DNA from: Anolis carolinensis
Lineage: Eukaryota
Direction of reading: 5' to 3'
Length of the DNA stretch: 64,000 bases
Assembly (NCBI RefSeq): GCF_035594765.1
Contig: NC_085845.1
Location: forward strand, 56,600,024 to 56,664,023
The notes beneath the pieces were generated by a model that did not search any database, was not told the origin of the DNA, and worked only from the letters and a program-made list of their open reading frames with translations. Shown one piece after another: positions 35,986 to 48,249 of the stretch (the stretch's first letter is position 1; each line of letters starts with the position of its first letter). The position numbers and the translations under genes are program-made.

Positions 35986-36261
35986 TAGAGAACATGCTTG
36001 CCAGATTTTGCCACTCATGGAACTAACATTATAGCGGGCAACAACAACACATTTTCTTTGATAGGCATATTACTAAATATTCAACTAAAGAAAAGGGATT
36101 GATTAATGAAACCTTGTTAAAACTGCCTTCATTAGGTGTCTCTAGGAATTTTCTCAGAGGAAAGCAAAGCAAGGTCATGGTATGTGAATAGAATTTGTAC
36201 AAATACCATAGACTACTATAACAGCTTTGTGCGTTTCCTTGTGTGTGTCCTCACATGCAGT

Positions 36262-36562
36262 TTATAGTGTGTCAGAAGTGAATTGAGGGTGCAGTTATAA
36301 TGTATTTAAAACAACTCAAATTTTAAAACTTGACACTATATTAGATTTTCTTTGACCAGAAGCTGGCCACTTGGAGTGCCCCTGGTGCCCCTGGTGTTGC
36401 TGTGAGAAGGTCCTCCATTATGCACGTGGCAGGGCTCGGACTGCATTGCAGTAAGTGGTCTGTGGATTGCTCTCCTCAACACTTGCATGTCTTGGACTTT
36501 GTAGCCCCATTTCTTAAGGTTAGTTCTGCATCTCGTGGTGCCAGAGTGCAGTCTGCTCAGCG
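36262..36562 (-). mobile_element. Vingi-type LINE, 5'-truncated 3' end
   Basis: LSRLHSGTTRCRTNLKKWGYKV then zinc-knuckle remnant (..STDHLLQCSPSPATC..). 13-bp TSD cctcacatgcagt/cctcacgtgcagt. Confidence 0.85.
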
Positions 36563-38848
36563 CCTCACGTGCAGTGATTCTTAGCATCACATTCAATGAC
36601 ATTTGGAAGTATACCAACAGTAGGAGGAAAATCCTTAGAATATGAAATTTGCAAGCATTAATGTAGAATACCAGAGGCAACATAAACTTAACAAAAGTTT
36701 ACACTGAGAGTTAATAATCCCTTAGAAACATGTCTGTATGTGGGTGGGTGAGTCAGATGAAGAAACTGCAACTAAGAATGTATTGGTTATTTTCTGGTAT
36801 TAACAACTTTATTGTCATAATTTCGCAAGACTTTTCCGGCATAGGGCATATGTAGAACAGTGTCCTTTATGGTGAAAATTTTGTAGAGAGTAGAGGTCGC
36901 TCTACAATGAATATCTTGATCTGATCTGGGGGTTCCAGAGGAACATGAAGTATTCCTTTAACTCTAATCTCACTAACAGCCATTCTTTACAGCAGTTTTG
37001 CTCTTTAGTTCCACATTAATTTCAAATAAGAACCATATCAAAAGTAAGATCTAGCAGATGCAAGATCTCACTGGGTTGTATAGCCATTCTATTTCTAAGA
37101 AGGGCAAATTATGTAATATTTGCAGAAGTACGTAGCATTATTTAGATTGGAACAAGCAGCATCAAACTGAACAGCGTATTGCCTGGGAAGTTACTCATGC
37201 AGGATAGCACAGAGTCTGACAGCCAGATTCTCAGTAGAAGTTGTCTCAGAAGTCACTAATCCTTTTGTCAAATGTGTGTCTGTCCATAAACATTAACATT
37301 AATTGTTTAATTTAGGATTCATGAGACAGCAGCACTTTCTTTGTTCCCTTCCCCCTGGCCACCCAGAGGTAGGGGTTGGAGAAGCCAGAAAATAATCATG
37401 CAATCTGATGCATATCTAATCAGAAGTTGTGGAAAGTATTTGTCAAAGCTGTTTCTCCCTGAACTGTGTGGTCAGTTTCAGAAAAGAGTTCTCTTCATTC
37501 CTACAAAGAGTCCAGTTTAGAAATTTGGAAGAGTTTCTGTATTTAATAATCTGATTACAAATCCCGAGCTCCACTGCTAATGTTGTATAATATTAACTTT
37601 AGTTTTTAAAGGTGCTTACTTAAGTTGTTTTCAGTTGTTAGCTCTGAGTTGTTTTTCATATCCATTTGCAGTTAGTCAGCATCCCCTGAAAATGATTACT
37701 AAATAACAAAATTAAATACTAGCACAACATTTTTTTTAAAAAAATTGAATGCTGAAACCCAATGCTACTATTGTTGCAAATTTGCTCAGGATTTCTAAGG
37801 TCACAAAATACGTAAAAGATGACCTAATCTCAGTTGCTTTCAAAATGTATTTTATAAACGTATTAGAGTCGATATATTGGATTTGGTCTCAGTTTCAGGT
37901 ACAGTTAAATTAATTCAGATAAATAAAATCCTCTTCAGTTGCATATCATGATAGAATGCAATTTCTCACACAAAAAGTATTACAATAATAATCTGATAAC
38001 TTGATCTGATCTTTGCAGTTGAACTTTATTTACATCATGATACAGCTTAAAGTTGCTTACCTTTAGCTGATATTATTCATGTAATAATGTTGCTGACATA
38101 GGGCAGAAAGTATACTAAATCCCAGTTAAAAGTTATTTTTCCTAATATTTTCTACCCCATCCTGATGCTGGGCAGTAGATTCCAGGCAGTACTCGCAAAA
38201 GAAAAATGTATCAAAGAAAAGTTGTCATGATGTTTGTCTAAAGAATGTCTAGCTCTGAAAGCATTTCTGCAATGTTGGCATGTGTGAATTTGACTGCTAA
38301 AAAGACAAAAAGAGAGGCCATTTAAAAGATGTGTACGAGAGTTGATGACAAGAATAAAATAGTTAATCTTAACAAACTGTTCAATCTCATGTTGCTTTTT
38401 TTAATATCAGAAGAAAATAAAGGGTAACATTTGCTAAAGGAACAAAATTGCAATTAAACGTGTTGCATAATGATATGAATAAATTATTGCTAAAATACAA
38501 AAAATATATCCTATAAGCTTCACTGACTTCTGCAACAGGCAAAGATGTTAAAAATCATGCAGAAAAATAAAAGTACTGAGGCTATAGTCACAACCCTACA
38601 ATCTGTCTCAGGTCTCAACTTTTCTTCTTGGCCAAGTGGAAACTGGTGACAAAGGGCACAGAGTTTTCCTGGATCTGAATGGAAGTTATTTTGCTGCTGC
38701 TGATGGATTTGAAATTTTATTGCCTGTGTTTTACAGAATTCATTGTGCTTCACTGAAAAGCTTGCTAACAGTATACTCCTATCATAAGGTTCTTTGAGGG
38801 AACCTTATTGCTTTCAGGCTTGTTTTCTGGTAACTGTGTATAGGATTA

Positions 38849-39219
38849 CAGTCAACCCTCCACATTTGTTGCGGTTTAAGGGCACAGCCCCCCCCCCCCA
38901 TAAAAGTTAAAAAAAACTTCAAATAAAAATTGCTATATTTTTTTCCCTGAGAGAACACCTCTTTAGGAGTGGCTTGATCTTCCAGTATGTCTCAATGGTC
39001 AACTTCTGCTGCAAGCAGAATCGCATTGGAGAACCTAGAGATTCCTGGTGAGGCATTCTCTCTAGAAATCTCTAGGGTCTCCAACATGACTGGAGGAAGT
39101 TGACTATTTAGTCACACTGGGGAACCTAGAGAATCACAGAGAAAACTCGTTTAATTAAATTCATGAATAATATTCTGTAATACGCAGAAGTGAAAATTGC
39201 AAACGTGGAGGAATTACTA
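38849..39219. mobile_element. Tigger-like MITE
   Basis: TA|CAGTCAACCCTCCACATTTG ... CAAACGTGGAGGAATTACTA|TA. Confidence 0.7.
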
Positions 39220-39279
39220 TATAGTTTAAACTTGTCTTTAATGGGTTGTGATTCAGATTTGGTTTGAGACCCTCTATAC

Positions 39280-39414
39280 CAGAGTTTCTCAAACTGTGTT
39301 CCTCCAGATGTTTTGGACTTCAGCTCCCACAATTTCTAACAGCTGCTAAGATGATTGGGATTTCTGTTAGCTGAAGTCCAAAACACCTGGTGGAGCACAG
39401 TTTGAGAAACACCG
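39280..39414. mobile_element. Short palindromic hAT MITE
   Basis: CAGAGTTTCTCAAACTGTG / CACAGTTTGAGAAACACCG; TSD ctctatac/ctctataa. Confidence 0.88.
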
Positions 39415-39998
39415 CTCTATAAACATGGCCTTTGCACATTGTATCAACAGGGCATATTGCCATTCTGGAAAAGAAATACTACTGTTAGCCATTTTCTAGG
39501 ACTGAGATGTTTTGCCACCTTAAGCAACTGATGTTCCTTGGCCACATGTGTCCCTGTTTTCACCTGTGAAATGTTGGAGGGAATTACATTATTAATTTAG
39601 ATATGGTTTCTGATATTTGTACTTACATTTTTTAAAAGTCTGTAGACAACTTTCAGAACAAGAGCCAAAAGATTACATTGCACCAGCTAATTGTTTGGAA
39701 TAACAGTTTCCATGCTTTATAAAATCATTGTATTGGAAGGGATCCAGATAGAGCAACATCCTACAGTAAGATGAGTGTCTTACAGAAGGGGTTCCTGTAG
39801 CAAATATTTTTTTGACAGTGTCTTGGAAATCTTCAACTAAGCAGATTCTTCAAATGCTCAAAGATGCTTGTTCTGTGGCCAGCATACATTTCTACTAGGA
39901 GGTGCTTCCAAAAAGTCAGTTCCCTCTCACGATGGCTACTTATACTGGCACATATAGACTTCCTTTTCCCATTGCTCCCACTGTCTTTGAAAGGAATA

Positions 39999-40329
39999 GT
40001 AAAGGTAAAGTTTTTCCCCTGACATTAAGTCTAGTCGTGTCCAACTCTGGGGGTTGGTGCTCATCTCCATTTCTAAGCCAAAGAGCTGGCGTTGTCTGTA
40101 GACACCTGTAAGGTCATGTGGCCGGCATGACTGCATGGATCACCATTTCCTTCCCACTGGAGCAGTACCTATTGATCTACTCACATTTGCATGTTTTTGA
40201 ACTGCTCGATTGGCAGGAGCTGGGGCTAACAGCGGGAATTCACCCCACTCCCCAGATTCAAACCGCCGACCTTTCAGTCAGCAAATTCAACAGCTCAGCG
40301 GTTTAACCTGCTGCACCACCAGGTCTCCA
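39999..40329 (-). mobile_element. Sauria SINE
   Basis: Typical body (tattgatctactcacatttgcatgtttt, ctccatttctaagcc) and (ACCTTT)n-type tail; TSD ttgaaaggaata/ttgaaagaaata. Confidence 0.92.
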
Positions 40330-41564
40330 TTGAAAGAAATATTCATTCACATTTTAACCACTTCTGATAATTTATGTTCTAGCTCTCCTCTTTTCCATCA
40401 TCTTAAACTAGAATGTAGAAGCTTGACCCACCAGATGTTGTTTGATTACAGTACACATTCATCCCTGCCCATTGGTTGTGATGAGTAGGACTGGCTGGAA
40501 TTAGAATCTAGCACTTTTGAATTTTCAAAACCGAATGCTAACATTGCATCTCTCATACTGGATATAACATCATTCAGTCCAGTGGGACCTTAGAACACTC
40601 TCCTAGGTTTAGTTGCAGATCATAACATGACTTATGGTATTTTCTCTTTGAAAATGTTATATTATAAAGAGTTTTTAAAAGTGCAGGATAGAAACATCAG
40701 TGTGATAAATGATGCTTTAATACCTCTGTCCCATTTCTAAAAAGGCAGGGGTGACAATAGGTGTGCTTCCCTTACATCTCTGAAAGCATTTCTCACTCTG
40801 CATTTTTTTCCTGATGAACTAGTGATGTCTTTTGGGTTGCATTTAGTGCAAGAATACATGAACTATCCCAAGGAATGTTGCTGTGTTCTTGTGGTCATCT
40901 GAATTGGTAATGATAATGCCAGATGACCCTAACTTTGTTTTGTGCTTCTGCAGACATACCAAAGATGCCATTCCACAAAAGCTCCGTTAACTTTATGGGA
41001 AAATTACTTTTGATGGAGCACATAGGAAGACTGCAAGAAGACAGGTGAAAAGATTAGATGGGGCAGTTGATGTGTTTTTTGATGGATGAAAACCAGATTA
41101 CTGCCTTCTCACTCCTAGCAACTTTGCTTTTTTTTAAAAAAAAAAATCCTCACAGGTCAGATCTTGCTTAACATGGTTTCACTTTTGAGATTGTTATTCA
41201 GAATTAAACTTCTGTATTTTTGGACACTTGAGGATAATGAAGAAAATTAACATTACTGTGAAAGACACCCCAACTGCCACTGGAAATGGCCACCTGTCAC
41301 CCAGGAACCTGTCTTCTTAACCCGATATCGTGATTGTTCTTCTCTTTGTTTCCCATCCCATCTGTAGTATCTCCTGTCTTCAGTTGTAAGCAAGAGAGCA
41401 AGAACTGTCTTATGTACTCATCTTTGTAAGCTACTCTGGAAGGCTTTTTTAAATTGAAGAGTGGGTAACATTCTTTAAATAAATAAATGAATAAATAAAT
41501 AAAAGTAGTAATAAGAAAAATGTTTTTATACAAAGAACAGAATCGTTATGGGCCAATATTTTGC

Positions 41565-41800
41565 ATGTATCCTCAGGGGGAATGTAACCCCCTCAAGTAC
41601 AGGTAGCCACCCTATACCCCGAACAACCTCATGACTGACCAGGAGAACCTCTGTCTTCTCTAGATTAAGCTTCATCTTGTTAGCCCTCATCCAGTCCATC
41701 ACAGCTGCCAAGTACTGGTCCAGGATCCAGCGGGTTTCTTTGGATTTTGGTGGAAAGGAGTAGTAGAGTTGTGTGTCATCTGCATATAGATAGTGTGATT
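41565..41800 (-). mobile_element. L2 RT fragment
   Basis: LYADDTQLYYSFPP...LAAVMDWMRANKMKLNLEKTEVL. Confidence 0.88.
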
Positions 41801-44182
41801 GCCATAGCCTGGTTCCATAGACCAACCCCATAAAACAGGGCTTGGTATAATGCAGTGCAGGTTTATAATGCAGTTGAAATGTCCGTATTAAGATTGAGTT
41901 GTTGTCCAACAACTTTTTGAGGATGATTTGATTTTAGCCCCTGATTTAATGAATTTATTGCTAAATTGTGTAGTGATGGTTGTTTGTTTAAGAATTTTTA
42001 AAGGGCATGAGATAAGGTCTTAGAGAATATGTCTTAATTTAAAAAAACCTAAAGGGGTTTTCCAAATTCAGACAAGGTATATTTCTAAAGGCCAGGTGTT
42101 CTGGGAGGGATTTGCTTTTCTGTCCGGTTTGTGGGTTTGTTGGAGAAATCTATCTGACCTTGATTTTAAATGGTGGTGAGGAGTCCACACTGGCTGTTAA
42201 AACTAGGGCCAGTCCAAAATATTTATGCCCTGGGCTGACCCTGGTATGATTATAATGCTATCTAGATGCCCTGGGCTGGACTTTCTGTGATGTTGCATTG
42301 ACATCCAGTGGGGCCAAAACTGCATTGGCCCCACTGGATCATCATTTCACTCTTCATGTTCCTGCCACTAATCTTAGCTGGCCACACAGCTGTGTGTGAG
42401 CACTTAACCATTGCCTGTCACGTCTGGGAATTCTTTCTGGACGCATGAGTTCACCATTCTAATACCACAAATACAGTCACTGTGTTCAAGTGCTTGGTTA
42501 GAGTCCTGTGGCTTTTGGGGGGTAATGATAGTGGCACTGATCAGCGCAGGAAAGGGTGATGGCACAGTGTCAGTCTAGACCAGGGATTGACTAAATTGAT
42601 CCTGATCCAGCTATCCAGACTTGCACAAAGTCCTGGGATATTCAAAAGTTTCCAGCAAACTCAAGAGTATCTCCTGACGTTGCCTATATCAAGGCAAAGT
42701 TGGATTAAAACAAGGAAAGCCACAATTCACACTGGACGTTGGTATATGTCATAAGAACAGCCAACACTGGAATCGAGGTAAATCCCCTTTTTTTCTGTTC
42801 TGTTCACCTAAGGTATATTCAGAGACTACCAGAAACAGTCATATTATTTTAGCATTCTTTTAAAGGTTATGGTATTTGTATTCAGTCAGTTTTGTGAATT
42901 GTTTTTATGCTAGGTAATTCTATTTTATGTGTGGCACCTTGGAGTGCTTTTGTGAGCCGCTCCGAGTCCCTTTGGGGAGATGGTGGTGGGGTATAAATAA
43001 AGTTTATTATGGTGTTTGGCATCTTTATATATCTAACAAAATTAAACAATTGTATAAAGAATTGAGTAGTATTATAAAGTTTCTATAAACAGTGTCAAGG
43101 GAGTTATTATTTGAATCAAATTCTTGTTTATACCAAATGGAATCGTTTATGAAGAAAAATGTTATGGAACCCTGTTGCAGTAGAGACACTTGAGATGTTT
43201 CCTGTATCTGCAGGAAGGGGATCTTAGGAAAAAAAAGATGAATCCTTTCTCTTTGTTGAGTTGCAAGTGAAAAACTACAGGAAGCAGATCTGTAGCTTCA
43301 CCTCCAGTTTAGCAAAGGATTTTGTTTGGTCAGCAATTTGTTCTCATGTCCTTATTTATCAGATACAATCTTCTCACCATAAAAAGCATCCTGTTGGGGG
43401 AGGAAAGAAGGGGGAGAGCGTCAATGCACTTCCTTTTTCGTTTTCCCCCAAATACTCCTTAGGTTTTAAGAGTGTTTGCACAGTGACACAGACTACAACA
43501 GTTTGCTTAAAGTTCTCCCTTGAGAAAATGGGAATTTTTATTGCATTGCTTCTGTTCAAATGGCAAGGACACATTCCCCGACATTATCACGGTGACATTA
43601 AACCAGTTAATGGAAATGTATGTGCAGGTGTATTTATGGATATCTGCATTTCCATTTTCTTTTTTCCTTTCCATACTGTGAGAGGAAAGGGCAAATCTTT
43701 CCATCCTGAACTCTTACACTGTTACTACATCATTGTAACCAGCTCTTTTTTATGCCTGTTCTTTCATGATGCTTAATGTAATGCAGGATAAGGGAATTGT
43801 TGGATGTGCAGATATAGAAGTAATGGAAAACATCATTTAATCCATGCTCCTTTGGATTATAGCCAAGATAACATTTCCTCTCATTTTCTGCTGGGCATGT
43901 TTTCGTATATGAAGACTTCTCTATTTAACTCATTCCATATTTCTTCCAGTCCACACATGTTCTCTGTGCTATGTGATAGTTTTCATGGTTTTTATCCTTC
44001 AAATAATATTTAACAATTTTCTCCATGTGTATTTCTACTGTTTCATTACTATATTACAGTTCTTTAGTTCTGTCTTTGGGTAAAGAAAGTCCTGTATCCA
44101 TACATACAAGACCATACAGCCCAGAAAATTCACAGCAACCCTATATCCATACTTTGCCTGAGTCAAACTGTATTTTGTGTCA

Positions 44183-44357
44183 GGGTGCATCTACATAGCT
44201 CAATGCTATGAAATCAAGGGAGTTGTAATTTCACAAAATCTTTAGCCTTCTCTGCAATGATTGCTCGCCAAACTATAGCTCCCATGATTCTATAGCAATG
44301 ATCTATGGCAGTTAAGAGGGTGTCAAGCTACGTCATTTCTACAGTGTAGATGAATCT
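44183..44357. mobile_element. Harbinger-type MITE (family of 3191)
   Basis: GGGTGCATCTACA ... TGTAGATGAATCT; shared internal sequence. Confidence 0.7.
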
Positions 44358-46087
44358 TCTGTTTCACATGTTGACAACATTTAATGTATTTTACAGCATT
44401 AAAAATATGGAGGATCACCCCTGTCCAACAGTGCCCATTTATCCGTTGTTTAATTTTGTATGCATTTAATATATTTCTAAATTCCTAGTCATAAACTCTT
44501 AATTTTGATTGAAAAATGAACAGTAGTGAACAACTTGGAAATCTTTTGAGCATTCCCTTAAACCGATGACTAAACTGTCTTAGAAATGCTAATTCGTTTA
44601 TCTCTAAGAATAACATTGTGTGATTAGTACTGATAAGTTAAATTCCCATTATCATTAAGTTGTCAACAAAGAATTCACTTCCTTTCAGCATTTCGCCAGG
44701 AGCTTTAGCATTAACTCATCTTCCTGTAAATTTGTTTTTCCTCTTCCTGAAGTAACACTCATACTGTTTACTGATGGTAACATGGCATGCAGTTCTTCTA
44801 TCAGTTAAATGCCTTCAGGTAAACATGGGGAAACAATGCATATGCATTTTTCACAGGATTGCATCTTAACCTAATGAATTCAGCTAAAGCTGTCTACCTA
44901 CATAAGTACAAACTAAGATTGTTCTTTTTAGATTGTATTCCAATTGTTTTTCAAAACAAACAAACAAAACAAACTGAAGACATAAACCCAAAGATCAGAA
45001 AATAGTATACATAAAAGTCAAAATGGGACATTAGCTAAATGATAAGATGAGAATACTTGATTGTGAGGGCAATGATGTTTGGACACACTGTAAAATAGAG
45101 AAACATGCACATGAATTTTTACAGGATCCAGCATGAAATGATCTTATCTTCACCCACAATTGTAGTTCAAGAAGGAAGTTATAGTAACTTATCCAGATTG
45201 GAACTCAACTTACTCAGTGATAGCTGCTGGTTTCCAGCTACCTTGAGATAGTTAATTCACCCCATATTTTTGTCTGAACTCTAAAGGAGTTATCCAAGAT
45301 GCTGAATCCTATCCTCAAAAGAGAAAAAAAGAAAAAGAAAAAAAATCCCATCTGCTTTAAAGTTCAGTCAACATCTTACTGATACAGAAGTCACCAACCT
45401 CCACTGGATTTTGCTGTCCTCCTGCTTTCCTAATGTTCATAAACTATTTTTAGGTTTAAAAAATCTTTATTGAAATGGATTAGAATTCATCCGTTTTATA
45501 GGAAAATACGTTCAAAATGCTGAATCCGCCCCTTCCACTTCACAGGACCATTCATCCCCTGAGGAAGTGTGACTCAAGTAGCTAATATCAATAAAAGATG
45601 TTAAAATGTTATTAAAATACCATCAGTCAGTGTGGGCAGCCTCTGGGAGTGTTATGACACAGTGTTGTTCTCATGGAATGTTTCTTCCTTAATGCTATCA
45701 ACATCCTCCGAGCAGCAATCCGTCACCTTGTCGTTATGATAAACTATGATAAACTCACCCTAACCACCCGAATGTTTTTCAGTCCACCACTTCTCCCCAA
45801 GATTAATCCAGCCTCCAGGATAGATTTTCCACACAGAACTGCTGATTTTATGAGAATGTTTGTGCCAAATACTTTAGACCAATGCTACTGAATGGAGCAT
45901 TTGGGACAATATATTTAGAAATATGTAAGAATACAATTTAGTAAGGTGTACTGAAATGTTTCATGGAGATTGATTTAAAAAAAAAAAAAGATTAATGAGA
46001 AAACAGGACAGAATGAACTTGTTGACAAAACATATATGGAAATGATATGGAGGTATATTTTTCCAGTTCTGTGTTGTTATACTGAAT

Positions 46088-46391
46088 GCTTCTGGTGGCA
46101 TGTCAGTGAGTAATACTCTTGTTCCGGCAGAGCTGTTGACCTGAAGATTGAATTGCTGACCTGAAGGTTGCTGGTTCGAATCCAGGGAGAGTGGGTGAGC
46201 GGGTGAGCTCCCTCTGTCAGCTCCAGCTGTCCATGCGGGGACATGAGATAAGCCTCCCACTAGGATGTTAAAAACTTCAAAACATCAGGGCATCCCATGG
46301 GCAACGTCCTTGCAGATAGCCAATACTCTCACACCAGAAGCGACTTGCAGTTTCTCAAGTCACTCTTGACAGACAGACACACACACACACA
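46088..46391 (+). mobile_element. AnolisSINE2-like SINE with (CA)n tail
   Basis: B box GGTTCGAATCC; body homologous to 23727; tail gcgacttgcagtttctcaagtcactcttgac. Confidence 0.85.
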
Positions 46392-46605
46392 AGATTGATT
46401 CAGAGGGTTTTTGCCATTGGCTTCTTCAGAAGCTGAGACAGTGTAACTTGCCTAGAGTCAATTATTTAGATTTTTTCTCATTTCTTCAATTCATCATTTG
46501 ACAAATATAGTTAGGAATACTTTTTGCAGTTACTATATCTCTGAGTGATAGATAAGAATGTCTATATGTCTTTTCAATCAGTGGATCCCACTTGCACCTA
46601 TGTAC

Positions 46606-46874
46606 TCTTTTTTTCCTGTGTCAGAAGTGACTTGAGAAACTGCAAGTTGCTTCTGGTGTGAGAGAATTGGCTATCTGCAAGAACATTACCTAGGGGATGC
46701 CGGGATTTTTTTTGATGTTTTAACCATTCTTATAGGAGGCTTCTCTCATGTCTCTGCATGAGAAGCTGGAGCTGACAAGTGGGAGCTCACCCCACTCCCT
46801 GGATTTGAACCACCGACCTTTTGGTCAGCAGTCCTGCCGGCACAAGGGTTTAACCCATTGTACACTGGGGGCTC
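46606..46874 (-). mobile_element. AnolisSINE2-like SINE
   Basis: Full head to T-tail; TSD cacctatgtac on both sides. Confidence 0.9.
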
Positions 46875-47766
46875 CACCTATGTACACTAATGTCCCGTGA
46901 TTGCAATTCTCTTTCTGCATTCAATAAAACAAGAATTTCAGTGGGGGTATTATATTTGTGAATTGAAGGGAAAATTATTTTTGCAGACAGCAGAACTAGT
47001 ATGTGCCATTTGGAGCACATTAAGAAATCTAGATTTTAAGTGCTGAGGCACTTACAGTTGCTTTTCAAAGAATCCTCCGGCAGTTGCAGTAGGGCATCTA
47101 TGCAGTGCATTTGCTAGTAATTTGGGAAGGTGTCTCTTCTGTCCAAATATAGTTATGATTAGCTATGTGAGTCATAATAAATTTGAGTCATATTATACCT
47201 TGGGCTGCTTGGGATACTGGAAAGAGGTGTAGAAAAAATAAGCAAATCAGCTTGTGAGTTAGATTGCTATTATTAACAGTCTTTCATATTTCATGCCTGC
47301 ACCTGTCTTATATTTATGTGAGAGTTATATGAAAGGAAAAATCAATAGGGGAATTCTAACAAAGTCTGTGCCCTGTTAATTTGATATATCTTTTAAAACA
47401 AACACAACAAATATCAACTCACTAAATGGAAAATTACATAGTTTATAGGAGAACAAAAATATTTTTGTCCTCCTGTGTTCGAATTAATAACAGTGAGATC
47501 AAGAAACATCAATAGATGTTTCAGTAACATCAGCCGGGTGCTAGAGCGATTGCCGAGGAGGGAGAGGAGGAATCATCCCTGCTCTCCTCCTCTTTTCTTT
47601 GACTGCCTTGTCATTCCAGCAAGCATCACTCCAGGTGATGAGTGACTGACACATGGTTCAAAGGCATGTTAAGATGATCTTGGCTCATGTTAACCCAGGC
47701 CTATGTGTTGTTTAGCCAGCACAAAGCTGATTTGCCTATCCTTTGTGTTATGTGGTCAGTGTAGAT

Positions 47767-48249
47767 CACATGTGTTAAACTCGAGACCTGCGGGCTGAAT
47801 CCAACCCGCCATGACATTTTATGGGACCCTCCAGATGCTGGACTACAACTCCTGTGTTCCTCATCATTGGACATCATGAATAGAGCTGATGAAGGTTGTA
47901 ATACATTAACAATTGGCAGGCTGCCGTTTCTTCTGGTTAGTCAGGATAGTGGTGTTTGAATTTTGACCCAAGATTTGTGGATAATATGCCTGAATTTGAG
48001 ATATCCTTTACCCTTTCCCCAACCCCAGAGCCAAAAGTGCTGTTGAGTTGCAATTTCCATTATCCCAAGTCCACATGGGAGTCATTGTTCAATAACATCT
48101 GGGGACTGAAACTGGATATAATCTATAGAGCACTGACCACTATGTTGGCTCTCTGTATTCATGGAGTCTCCTTCAATGAATTAAGTGGCCCTTTGAAGGC
48201 AACCATAAGGCTGATATGGCCTCGAATGAGAATGAGTTTGACACCCCTG
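47767..48249. mobile_element. Non-autonomous hAT
   Basis: Right TIR GAGTTTGACACCCCTG, left CACATGTGTTAAACTC; TSD gtgtagat/gtatagat. Confidence 0.8.

Noticed and set aside
43261-43776. 171-aa ORF
   Set aside because: No recognisable domain or convincing splice boundaries, and a non-ATG start; treated as non-coding.
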